From assembly GCA_964342815.1 (NCBI GenBank), contig CAYFHS010000017.1:1-64000 (forward strand): a DNA stretch of 64,000 bases, in the 5' to 3' direction. Below, one piece after another: positions 37,429 through 46,600 of the stretch. The notes under the pieces were generated by a model that worked only from the letters and a program-made list of their open reading frames with translations, did not search any database and had not been told where the DNA came from. The translations under genes and the position numbers were made by a program. Origin of the DNA: an uncultured archaeon (lineage in GTDB: Archaea > Thermoplasmatota > Penumbrarchaeia > JASLWR01). The stretch's first letter is position 1, and each line of letters opens with the position of its first letter.

Positions 37429-37646
37429 AATTCCAATCCCTTACGTACTTCTTTATGTGTTTTAAAATTCCCAGATTCAATTTCTTTAAGAGAATTTGCG
37501 ATCTCTCGTTTTGTTTTATCATTCAATTTCTGCATATCTTCCATTAATCTCTCGAGAACATCGTTGTACGATTCACGCTCATACAATTTAAGATTGTTAA
37601 GTTGGTCCCGCATTTCGTTTGATATTTGTATCATAGATGACATCAT
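37425..37646 (-). CDS. Orphan archaeal antitoxin-like protein (DUF7557/VapB-like)
   Basis: MIQISNEMRDQL..LK.Y.RESYNDVLERL...EI.SG.FKTH.EVRK.L; no toxin ORF follows. Confidence 0.65.
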   Translation of the reverse strand: MMSSMIQISNEMRDQLNNLKLYERESYNDVLERLMEDMQKLNDKTKREIANSLKEIESGNFKTHKEVRKGLEF

Positions 37647-37749
37647 TGATATATATGGTCAAACAAGCATTTATAGTCTACTGTTGCCCGGTCTAACTGA
37701 TTTTAAAGAAGGAATTTCAGGACGGTAAATCCCCTAACCATGAAGTTCT

Positions 37750-40125
37750 TCAAGTTATAATCCTCTGCCTTATTGTATCGGCAAGATTTGCCTTGATTAT
37801 ATGCCGTCCCGAGATCATGGAGGCCGCAACGGTGGCAATTGCCGCAATTACCGCAGTCAGCACGTAGACGGATAAACCTATCTCCATCTCAAAATACATC
37901 AGGTCCTGCACAAGATATGACATGGTCCACTTGGTGGTAAGCAGGCCCAGGGGAAGACCGATCACCACCCCGCCCACCAGCACTATCAAACTTTCTCCCA
38001 CCACCATGTTCCTCACCCTGCCGGGAGTGGCCCCGATGGCCCTCAATGAAAGAAACTCCATTTCCCGGTCAAGGACATTGAGAACAACCGTGGTGGAAAC
38101 GAAAAGAACTTCCGCCATCATTCCGAACCCGATAAATACGAAAAACATAGAGGTAAGACTGGCCATCATGGTTTCCATACCGTCCACAGCATCCTGCGTA
38201 TAGGAAAATGATGCGATGGGAAGCTCATCCCGTAGCTTTTCCTCAAGATCGTCCCGGCTCAGCTCACCCTGGTCTATTAAGACCGCATTCACGTTCCCTT
38301 CGTTATATAATAATTTTTCAGCCTGGTAAAGCGTCATGAATATGCTTTCATCCAAAAGTTCTCCGGTAATTCCGGTCACTGTGGCCGTTGAAGTGTCGTT
38401 TCCTATGACGAACCAGAGCTGTGATCCCGGTTTCAGATCCAGCTTGTTGGCCAGTATCGAGCCCACAAGTACACCTTTATCGAAGTCTTTTTCTCCTTCA
38501 ATGACGTGAAAGTTACGGAGTTTCGATCCGTTGACGAACGCCTGAACGTGGGCAAAGTTCATCTTGTCCTTCAAGCTCACCGGAACGTAATCATTCAAAT
38601 AAGGCTCACCAAGGATTCCCTGAAAACCTGGTGAACTTAGAATATCCTTCACTTCATTCTGATCCATATATCCCGTCAATCCCGCTTCCAGGTCCCAGGT
38701 TTCGTACTCGTCATAATTCTTCTCGATGGGCTGCAGAAAGTTCAGGGCCAGGGCCAGCGTGGAAAACACCAGTATCATGGAAAAACCAAGAGCGACAACC
38801 GTGAGAAGCGTCCTGGCCCTGTTCCTGAAAAGGTTGCGGACCGTTATCCTCGGCATTATCTTTCGGTTACGAGCCAATGCATCGAACAGCTTTTCCACTA
38901 CCGGCTTTTTTGAGAATACCTGAGCATGGTAGTTTGAGCTCAGCGCTTCCCGGGGACCTATCTTTACAGCCTTCAAAGCTCCAAAGAATCCGGCTCCGGT
39001 ACAAATAAAAACTCCCGCAAGCACGAAAATGACCGGATAGATCCAGAATATCGTGTAAACCGGATTATGAAGACCAAGTATGCTCGAGTAACCGTATACG
39101 ATGAGATAGGACATGCCGATACCTGCAAATAGCCCCAGGAACGAGCCGAGAATTCCCATGAACAGGCCGAACATGGTATAATGAAGCAGAATGGCGCTCC
39201 GTTTGCCTCCCAAGGCCCCCATGACCCCAATGTACGAGCGCTGTGATGAAATAAGGCGGGTCATTGTATTGTAGATGACCACTCCGGTAACTATCAAAAT
39301 GATGATGCCGAAAGCCCAGCCCATCTTACCCATCCCGTCGGCGTCGGCCTGCGAGAACTGGTAATCCATCTCCTCCGTTCCCAGGATCGACCTGGTAATC
39401 CGCACATCTTTTTGTGCCAATTTCTCCTCGATCCGCTCTTTTATCTCTTTCACATCACGGCCCTTCTCGACGCGGATCAACAACTCGTTGTATGTCCCTT
39501 CCTCCAATCCAAGCTCCTCTACGGCCATTTCGTAGCTTGTAAAAAGTGGAAGCAGAAGAGAAGGTTGGGGCCACCCGGCGTCCGACACTACATAGATGTA
39601 TTCGGGAGAGCCGACGATTCCGGAGACATTCAGCTCAAATGACACGTTCCCATGCAATATTGTCAGTGCCGTACTGGTCTCGATACCGTTCTCCTTGGCG
39701 AATAAATTTCCAATCAATCCTTCCGGTGAATTTTTATTATTAAAATAATTACCATCCACGAGGGTGTACCCGTTGATCTGTGAGTACGGCTCCTGCGGAT
39801 AGAACGGAGCGGATATCCAGTGTGCCTCATATTTATTCCCGGCAATCCGGACCTGGGTGGGAATGAACAGGCGTCCCATGGCCGTTTCAACACCCTCGAT
39901 TTCATTGATCTCGGATATGTTGACGTTGCCAATCTCAAAATGTATGTCGATATCCTCGTAATTCGTGTCGTCGAACCTGCCGTTGAAGGTCTCGAAGGCG
40001 TCCTGGGTGGCATTCACGAGACCTATACCCATCCCCACGGACAGGATTATCGCTAGGATGATGGAAATTGTGCGCAGTTTCGCATGCCAAAGGTCCCGCA
40101 ATGCCTTTTTTACCAGTATTATCAT
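37750..40125 (-). CDS. ABC transporter permease, FtsX/MacB-like (two repeats)
   Basis: LRDLW..KLRT; QRSYIG.M.ALG; RE...LRAIGA; two periplasmic-core + 4-TM halves. Confidence 0.9.
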   Translation of the reverse strand: MIILVKKALRDLWHAKLRTISIILAIILSVGMGIGLVNATQDAFETFNGRFDDTNYEDIDIHFEIGNVNISEINEIEGVETAMGRLFIPTQVRIAGNKYEAHWISAPFYPQEPYSQINGYTLVDGNYFNNKNSPEGLIGNLFAKENGIETSTALTILHGNVSFELNVSGIVGSPEYIYVVSDAGWPQPSLLLPLFTSYEMAVEELGLEEGTYNELLIRVEKGRDVKEIKERIEEKLAQKDVRITRSILGTEEMDYQFSQADADGMGKMGWAFGIIILIVTGVVIYNTMTRLISSQRSYIGVMGALGGKRSAILLHYTMFGLFMGILGSFLGLFAGIGMSYLIVYGYSSILGLHNPVYTIFWIYPVIFVLAGVFICTGAGFFGALKAVKIGPREALSSNYHAQVFSKKPVVEKLFDALARNRKIMPRITVRNLFRNRARTLLTVVALGFSMILVFSTLALALNFLQPIEKNYDEYETWDLEAGLTGYMDQNEVKDILSSPGFQGILGEPYLNDYVPVSLKDKMNFAHVQAFVNGSKLRNFHVIEGEKDFDKGVLVGSILANKLDLKPGSQLWFVIGNDTSTATVTGITGELLDESIFMTLYQAEKLLYNEGNVNAVLIDQGELSRDDLEEKLRDELPIASFSYTQDAVDGMETMMASLTSMFFVFIGFGMMAEVLFVSTTVVLNVLDREMEFLSLRAIGATPGRVRNMVVGESLIVLVGGVVIGLPLGLLTTKWTMSYLVQDLMYFEMEIGLSVYVLTAVIAAIATVAASMISGRHIIKANLADTIRQRIIT

Positions 40126-40847
40126 TACTCCATCACCTTTTTGGTCAAAGGCTCCACTGATTTCTTAGAGGATATCTCACCGTCCATGAGATGTATCACA
40201 CGGTCTGCGATCTCGGTAATGCTCAGCTCATGTGATACTACAACGAATGTGATTTTTTCCTTCAGGTTCAACTCCTTCATGAGCTTAGCAATCTTCATAC
40301 CCGTTGCCCAGTCCAGATTACCGGTTGGTTCGTCTGCGAGAACTATCTTCGGTTTTTTTACTAAAGCTCTCGCAATGGCAACCCTCTGCTGCTCCCCGCC
40401 GGAAAGCTGCGACGGAAACATATTGGCCTTATCCGGGATCCCCACCTCCCTGAGTGCTTCCAGGCTTCTCTCCATTATATTTTTTCGATCATTTGCCATC
40501 TCGAGTGCCAGGGCCACGTTCTCCACAGCCGTTAACGACGGGATCAGATTGAAGAACTGAAATATCCATCCGACGGTTTTTCTTCGGTACCCGGATAATT
40601 GTTTTTCGTCATAAGTGCCAATATCATGACCGTCCACAATGACCGTGCCGGTGGTGGGAGTATCTATACCTCCGAGAATATTGAGTAGCGTCGTCTTTCC
40701 CGAACCGCTGGGGCCCAATATCACGAGGAAATCCCCCTGCTCCACGGTGAGTGTCAATCCGCGAAGAGCCTTTACCTCAACCTCTCCAAGATTGTACGTT
40801 CTTCCTATATCCTTTGCCGAGATCAGATATTTTCGGTCGCCATCCAT
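40125..40847 (-). CDS. ABC transporter ATP-binding protein, LolD/MacB family
   Basis: GPSGSGKTT, LSGGEQQRVAIARAL, ADEPTGNLD, VVSHE. Confidence 0.95.
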   Translation of the reverse strand: MDGDRKYLISAKDIGRTYNLGEVEVKALRGLTLTVEQGDFLVILGPSGSGKTTLLNILGGIDTPTTGTVIVDGHDIGTYDEKQLSGYRRKTVGWIFQFFNLIPSLTAVENVALALEMANDRKNIMERSLEALREVGIPDKANMFPSQLSGGEQQRVAIARALVKKPKIVLADEPTGNLDWATGMKIAKLMKELNLKEKITFVVVSHELSITEIADRVIHLMDGEISSKKSVEPLTKKVME

Positions 40848-40886
40848 TTAATTCACCCAATTATTGAATCTTCGATAAATTCAAGA

Positions 40887-41597
40887 CTACAGTTTAACGT
40901 TCCGATGGCCAAGTATCGCAGTACCTACCCTCACCATTGTCGCCCCTTCCTCAATGGCGATGCCGTAATCACTGCTCATGCCCATGGACAGCTCCGGGAG
41001 ATTCCAATTCGTCATCTCCTCAAGGGTATCGCGGGTTTCCCTCAGTACGCGGAAACAGTCTCCCACAACAATTTCGTCATCTGTAAAGGGGGCCATTGTC
41101 ATAAGACCTTTTATCGCTACATTCTCCAGGCCGGTAAGTTCCTCCAGAGTATCGGTTTCCATTAGCGACCGCGGTGTAAATCCCTGCTTAGTCCCCTCAC
41201 CCGACGTGTTCACCTGCAGCAATATTTTCTGTCGAATCCCGAGCTGTTCCGCGGTAAAATCAATCTTCTTCGCTAGACGCAGCGAATCAACCGAATGAAT
41301 AAAATCCGCCTTACCCACAACCTTTGGAGTGTGCTTGCGGTACAGGTGCCCGATAAAATGCCATCGAACGGTATCATTTTCGTACCGAGGAAATTTCGCT
41401 TTGAACTCGTCCACGTAGGATTCTCCCACGTCCTTAATCCCAAGTTTACGCAAATTTGTGATTACCTCGTGCGGATGGGTCTTTGTCACCACGATCAGGG
41501 AAACTGACGAAGTCGGTCGATCTGAAATTTCACAATATCGGGCAATCTTTGCCCTGACAACGTCCAATGAGCTTTTAATACCGCTGTAATCTGCCAC
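40887..41597 (-). CDS. yggS: YggS/PLPBP pyridoxal-phosphate homeostasis protein
   Basis: VVTKTH (PLP Lys), GESYV, WHFIGHL, IHSVDS, GLMTM, LSMGMSSDY..AIEEGATMVRVG. Confidence 0.93.
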   Translation of the reverse strand: MADYSGIKSSLDVVRAKIARYCEISDRPTSSVSLIVVTKTHPHEVITNLRKLGIKDVGESYVDEFKAKFPRYENDTVRWHFIGHLYRKHTPKVVGKADFIHSVDSLRLAKKIDFTAEQLGIRQKILLQVNTSGEGTKQGFTPRSLMETDTLEELTGLENVAIKGLMTMAPFTDDEIVVGDCFRVLRETRDTLEEMTNWNLPELSMGMSSDYGIAIEEGATMVRVGTAILGHRNVKL

Positions 41598-41635
41598 TTA
41601 ATTCTCCCCCTCTGTCCTTATATAGATGTTAAAGA

Positions 41636-42670
41636 TCATACTAGATAGACCTCCTCATCCTTTACTATGACATCAACCTCGGTCCCCTCACGGGGAATTT
41701 CAATTTTTTCTGGTACTATCACTTCCAACGACTTGAAAGTATGCGGATGGAGAAGCATTATTTCTCTGGAGCCGGTCACATGCGAGGTCACTACGGCCTT
41801 TTCTACGATCTCCTCGTTTCCCAGTATATCCACACCCCGCAGCTTACGCCGGTCCACAGACAGCTTTTTCGCCTCCAATAGATCCAACATCACTACCTTT
41901 TTCGTGTTTACACGCTCCACACGGCAGCCTCGGCCTCCAAAAATTATGAAATCCCCTGCCCGGTAGGGCGGAATCCGAACTAGATACGTGACCCTGTACA
42001 CATCCTTGCCTTCCCGCCGCCCTATAAGAGAAGAAGATTCCGTGATCCTGCTGCCAAACCTTTGGCCGAGCAGCTTAGCAATGTTCCGACCGTCCGCAAT
42101 ACGTCCTAGGTAGAAATCCATCCCGGAATGCATATCTTTCTCATCCGATATGAAAGAACCCCGATCCTTCTTTGCCGTCCTTTCTATCTCGTCCCACACC
42201 ATCCTTCTGACCGTTTCCAAAGTACTGTTGTCCAGCGAAAATCCTTCGCCGCGAACCTGCAATATGCTCTCGTAATATTTCCCGGCGATCCTGGAGCACT
42301 TTTCACACACGCCTCTTTTCAAGTGAACTAGAACGGAAAGGTTCTCTACGAGACTCATGCCTCCCACGTTCCCCTTTAGAATGACATGCATTTCCCTGCT
42401 GTTTTCGTCACGTGGATTGTGAGCAATCTCCATGTTTTCAAGGGACAGGTTGGAATCAATGCGGATTTTTGATACTATCTTGCTCTCGATCAATTCGTCA
42501 AGGTCTGTGTAATTATCCCATCTTTTTTTATCGAGGAATGAATTGCATCTTGTACAAATCGTGATGGGAAATGATGGTACGATCTTTGCGAGATTCCCTC
42601 TTCGGGAGTAACATGCGGCACAGAGACTATCGAATAAGATTCCCTCGGCCCCACAGTTAACACAGAACAT
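41636..42670 (-). CDS. NMD3-related ribosomal large-subunit export/biogenesis protein
   Basis: GGTGAT RBS then MFCVNCG; LCAAC; CTRC; CEKCSR..G.YYESILQVR; G.DFYLG; YRVTYLVRIP. Confidence 0.92.
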   Translation of the reverse strand: MFCVNCGAEGILFDSLCAACYSRRGNLAKIVPSFPITICTRCNSFLDKKRWDNYTDLDELIESKIVSKIRIDSNLSLENMEIAHNPRDENSREMHVILKGNVGGMSLVENLSVLVHLKRGVCEKCSRIAGKYYESILQVRGEGFSLDNSTLETVRRMVWDEIERTAKKDRGSFISDEKDMHSGMDFYLGRIADGRNIAKLLGQRFGSRITESSSLIGRREGKDVYRVTYLVRIPPYRAGDFIIFGGRGCRVERVNTKKVVMLDLLEAKKLSVDRRKLRGVDILGNEEIVEKAVVTSHVTGSREIMLLHPHTFKSLEVIVPEKIEIPREGTEVDVIVKDEEVYLV

Positions 42671-42717
42671 ATCTATCACCCGACCGGCGAGGGCAGCCCG
42701 ATATTGAGGAGAAAAAA

Positions 42718-42933
42718 TCACAAGGGGGCGATGCTTACGACGTTGTTACCCCTGAGCACCACCATCCCGAGCCGTTTCTTGACTTCGTTCAGATCCTCCT
42801 CGGTTTCGGAAAGCACCATGTTCATGTAATCATCGTAACCCGTAAGAGTTCCAGTAAGTTTTCTACCATCTTTCAAAAGCAGGACGATCTTTTTATTGAG
42901 CGTCTTTTCAAGTATCTCCAAAGGCATCGGCAT
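42718..42933 (-). CDS. Archaeal Sm (LSm) protein
   Basis: PL..L...LNK.I...LKDGR...G.L.GYD.YMNMVL...LG.VVLRGNNVV. Confidence 0.93.
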   Translation of the reverse strand: MPMPLEILEKTLNKKIVLLLKDGRKLTGTLTGYDDYMNMVLSETEEDLNEVKKRLGMVVLRGNNVVSIAPL

Positions 42934-42966
42934 GATAATTACCTGGCCCTGGGAACACAAAAGGCC

Positions 42967-42980
42967 GATATAAATCTTTC
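42967..42980 (-). promoter_or_regulatory. BRE/TATA promoter for the Sm-NMD3 genes
   Basis: Minus-strand GAAAGA TTTATATC about 35 nt upstream of the Sm start. Confidence 0.55.
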
Positions 42981-43357
42981 CTCCGAGATGGTCAGTGAAA
43001 AATCCTGAAATGACCTTTGGAGCTGATACGGTCGAATAATAATATTCGTTTCAAGTCAAAACTGGGTTCCTAGAGTATATCCGAGGTGAATTGACCAGGG
43101 AAAAGAGAGATATTTCGGGATACATCGGGGATTGTTGGGCTTCTCCAACCATATTATGTCTATTTGTGGGGTCAATCGCCTTCATTTCAACCCAATTTCA
43201 ACGATAATCCTTCATCGAATAAGAGTATTAAGGCAGGTGTGACTTTTTGATAGGTCTCGTGGTTCATGTGAGTAATGTTAAATATAACATTAATAATGTG
43301 GTAGGAAAATCTAATAGGGCAATTCATGGGCACTAATAATATTATCTGGCAAGTAAG

Positions 43358-43371
43358 AGAGAACATATAAG
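43358..43371 (+). promoter_or_regulatory. BRE/TATA-like promoter upstream of the structured aglB leader
   Basis: Purine-rich AGAGAA followed by CATATAAG; predicted start site ~43392-43400. Confidence 0.4.
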
Positions 43372-43399
43372 ACTCTTAAAATTGAAAAAAACAGATATT

Positions 43400-43633
43400 C
43401 TATCGATGCCCGTATATTGTCAAATGGACAAACATCGACTTTTATCGATGTTTGCATATGATAATGTTCGCAGAATCGCAGCCCGTAGGTGCCTGAAGAA
43501 CGAAGTTCTTCTACACCCTAATAGAATCTCAGATTCTATGTCGGGAAACAGAATGTTTCTGAGGGCACAGCAACGCCCGAAAGGTGTTGCGAAGTGGAAC
43601 GGGTGCCCGAAGGGACCGATTCTGCTGAATATT
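43400..43633 (+). ncRNA. Candidate structured ncRNA / cis-regulatory leader, copy 2 of the element at 14882-15264
   Basis: Closing stem AATGTTCGCAGAATCG 43463-43478 / CGATTCTGC-T-GAATATT 43617-43633; shared GCCCGTAGG, GAAACARAATGTTTC, GAGGGCWCA-hairpin; ends just before the aglB RBS. Confidence 0.65.
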
Positions 43634-43648
43634 CAACAGGTGGATCTG

Positions 43649-46600
43649 ATGGTGAAAGAGATACCAAGAACGAAGAAATGGGAAAAAACGTTATCATCAG
43701 CGTCGGGGAAAAAGGCAGAAAAAGAAAGCCTGGTCACCAAATTCAAAACCTATTTCGGTATTGGAGCTTACGAGGGAAAGGATACTTGGTTCTCTCGTAA
43801 TTGGTGGTTACTATTGGCGCTGGCGGGAATATTTCTGGTGGGTATGTTCCTGAGATCTTACTTCTATTTTCCCATGGCACAGGACGTGGGCTTTTCAGGG
43901 AACGACCCCTATTATCACAAAAGAGTAGTAGATTACATCCAGCAATCTCATTCACATCTGATAGAGGACAACATGCTGAATTATCCGGTTGGTGGCGCTA
44001 ATCCGCGACCTCCGTTCTACAACTGGTTCGTTGCGGTTTTCGGCATCATTCTTTCACCGTTATTCGGATTCAATGTAAAACTCGCCACGGAATCTATCAT
44101 GTATCTAGCACCTTCCTTCTGGGGAGCATTGACAGTATTTCCGGTCTATTTCCTCGCCAAGGATATGTTTGGTAAAAAGGCGGGCGTAATAAGCGCATTT
44201 CTCATGGCATTCATGCCTTCCCATATCGAAAGGTCTCCTTCGGGATTCTCGGATCACGATTCTATAGTCGTCTTCTTCGTGGTGTTGTCGATATTCCTGC
44301 TGTTCAGGGCATATCGCACACTTAAGCACGAGGACTGGGTAAAGGACTGGCGAAGCACGAATTCGATCTATAAGGGATTTTCAACCTTCTTCAGAAAAAA
44401 TAAGGTATCACTGTATTACTCGCTTCTTTCGGGCGTTTCGCTGGCAACCATCGCACTTACCTGGAAAGGTTTTCCGTACGCTCTTGTGATCATAATCATA
44501 TATTACATGCTTCAGCTTCTTTTCGATCGCTTCAGACACGTTGATTCAACCGGCGTTTTTATTTGTACTTTTCTGGCTCTTTTCTCTGCTTTGGCCATCT
44601 CGTTTCCGTACTATTACGTTCTCAGTTTCGGAACCTGGGCCACACCGGTCTATTTCCTTGCGGCTGTGGTTGTGATCGGAGTTTTGCTTATACCCACTCG
44701 TGATTATCCATGGATCATAGTGCTGCCTCTGGGAGTGATAGTGTCCCTTGTTGGCTATCTCTTCCTGAGCATCATTGCACCTGCAGCTGCCGAAGCTCTG
44801 ATAACGGGACAGGGTTATTTCGTGAAGACGAAACTGTACTCCACAATTGCTGAGGCTCAGCCTCCCGCATTTTCCAAGCTTATCGTGTCGTACGCAATGA
44901 TCGTGTTCTTCCTCGCAGTGATAGGGATCGTGAAAGCGGCTTTTCAGGTGCCGAAACACTGGAAGAGGGAATTTGTCTTCATCGTTGTTTGGGCCATCGT
45001 TGCCGTGTACATGGCCATGTCGGCCGCTCGTTTCATGTTCAACGCGACACCTGTGATAGCCATTGTTGCCGGATGGGTGCTGTACGACCTGATCCAAAAG
45101 ATAAACCTGAAGAGCAAGATATTGATATTCTATACTCTGATGCTTGGCCTGTCCCTGCTATTGCTGGGATGGTGGGGGATAAATCATGGATTCGGATACA
45201 AGTACACATTGTTTGTCTTTATGGCAGCGATCGCAATGGCAGCCATTCCAATTATCGTGGCCGTCTATGATAATTACGATAAAAGACCCGCCATAATGAT
45301 AATGGTTGCCATGTGTGCAATTTGGACCGTTGCGGTCATAGTTATGATTATTTTGGATGAAAACCTAAAATGGGACAACTTCGGAACTGTCATGCTGGAT
45401 AATATTAACATTTGGTATTTCGGCCTTGCTGCCCTGGGGATAATGGTCCTCCCGATACTCATATTTATAACCAAAAGGACTTTTGCGATTCTTCATATAA
45501 TATTGATCACATCGGCCACATTTCTAATAATCGGACTCAAAGATACAGGTTCCTTCGACAGCTTGTTCACTTGGAAACCAATGGTTGTGGCGGTGGGATA
45601 TTCCATAATTCCCTGTGGAATATTGTTATTCAATATCTATTTCCTGTTCTCGGATAAATCTTACAGGAAGGAAACGGGCCGAAAGGTGCTTTTCGTAGGA
45701 CTGGAACTCTGGGTGCTTTCCTTTTTCTTCGATCCGCAAATATACACGGGACTCGCGGCCTTTGCTCTTTTCGTGATTAATCTTTACCTGCTAACTCCCT
45801 ACAGGAAAACTTTCAAGCACAAGACCAAACCAATGCATGTGATTATCACTCTATTCATCGTATTTATCGTAATATTCCCCACCTGCTGGTTTGCGATAGA
45901 TGCTTCCCTGCCTTATGAAAAGAAATTTGAGATGAATAACAGAGTTGCAAGGTCAATTCCCGATTTCATTAAAAGTGATACGGCTTCGAACAACAAATAT
46001 TTCGGGGCCTTCGGTCACGGATTCACATCGGAATACTGGAGAAATGCATTTGATTGGCTTAGTAAACAGGACGTGGACAGGCCACCGGAGGAAAGACCCG
46101 GTTTCGTTAGCTGGTGGGATTACGGTTTCTGGTGCGCCTATCTCGGACAACATCCCACGGCTGCAGATAATTTCCAGTACGGTTACCAGTTTGCTGGAAG
46201 TTTCATCGCCTCCCAGAATGAATCGGAGGCAGTTGGATTGATGGTTGCCAGAACTATAGAAGGCGGTATCAAGGATCCTAAAATGAAAGAGGAGATCTCT
46301 GACATCCTCGATAGCGATAAATATTTCGGGCCCGAGAAAAAATTCAAGAGCAACATCGATTCGTCCGATCTCAGCGCAAGTGAAAAGATATTCGAGATGT
46401 TGTTATATCCCGAGGAATACATAGAAGAGATAAAGAATAACCCGGAAAAATACGGCAAATACCTGCAGCTGCTCTATGGGAATGCCAGGTATGCATCGGT
46501 AAGAGGAATGCTGATGCCGCTAGGAGAGGATAAGATAATCGATCTAATGGCTGATATCGAGGGGATCACAGACAAGTGCATAAGATATTTCGCAGTGGAT

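Noticed and set aside
43382-43648. 89-aa N-terminal extension of AglB from TTG 43382
   Set aside because: It runs through the structured element, and a good AGGTG RBS precedes ATG 43649
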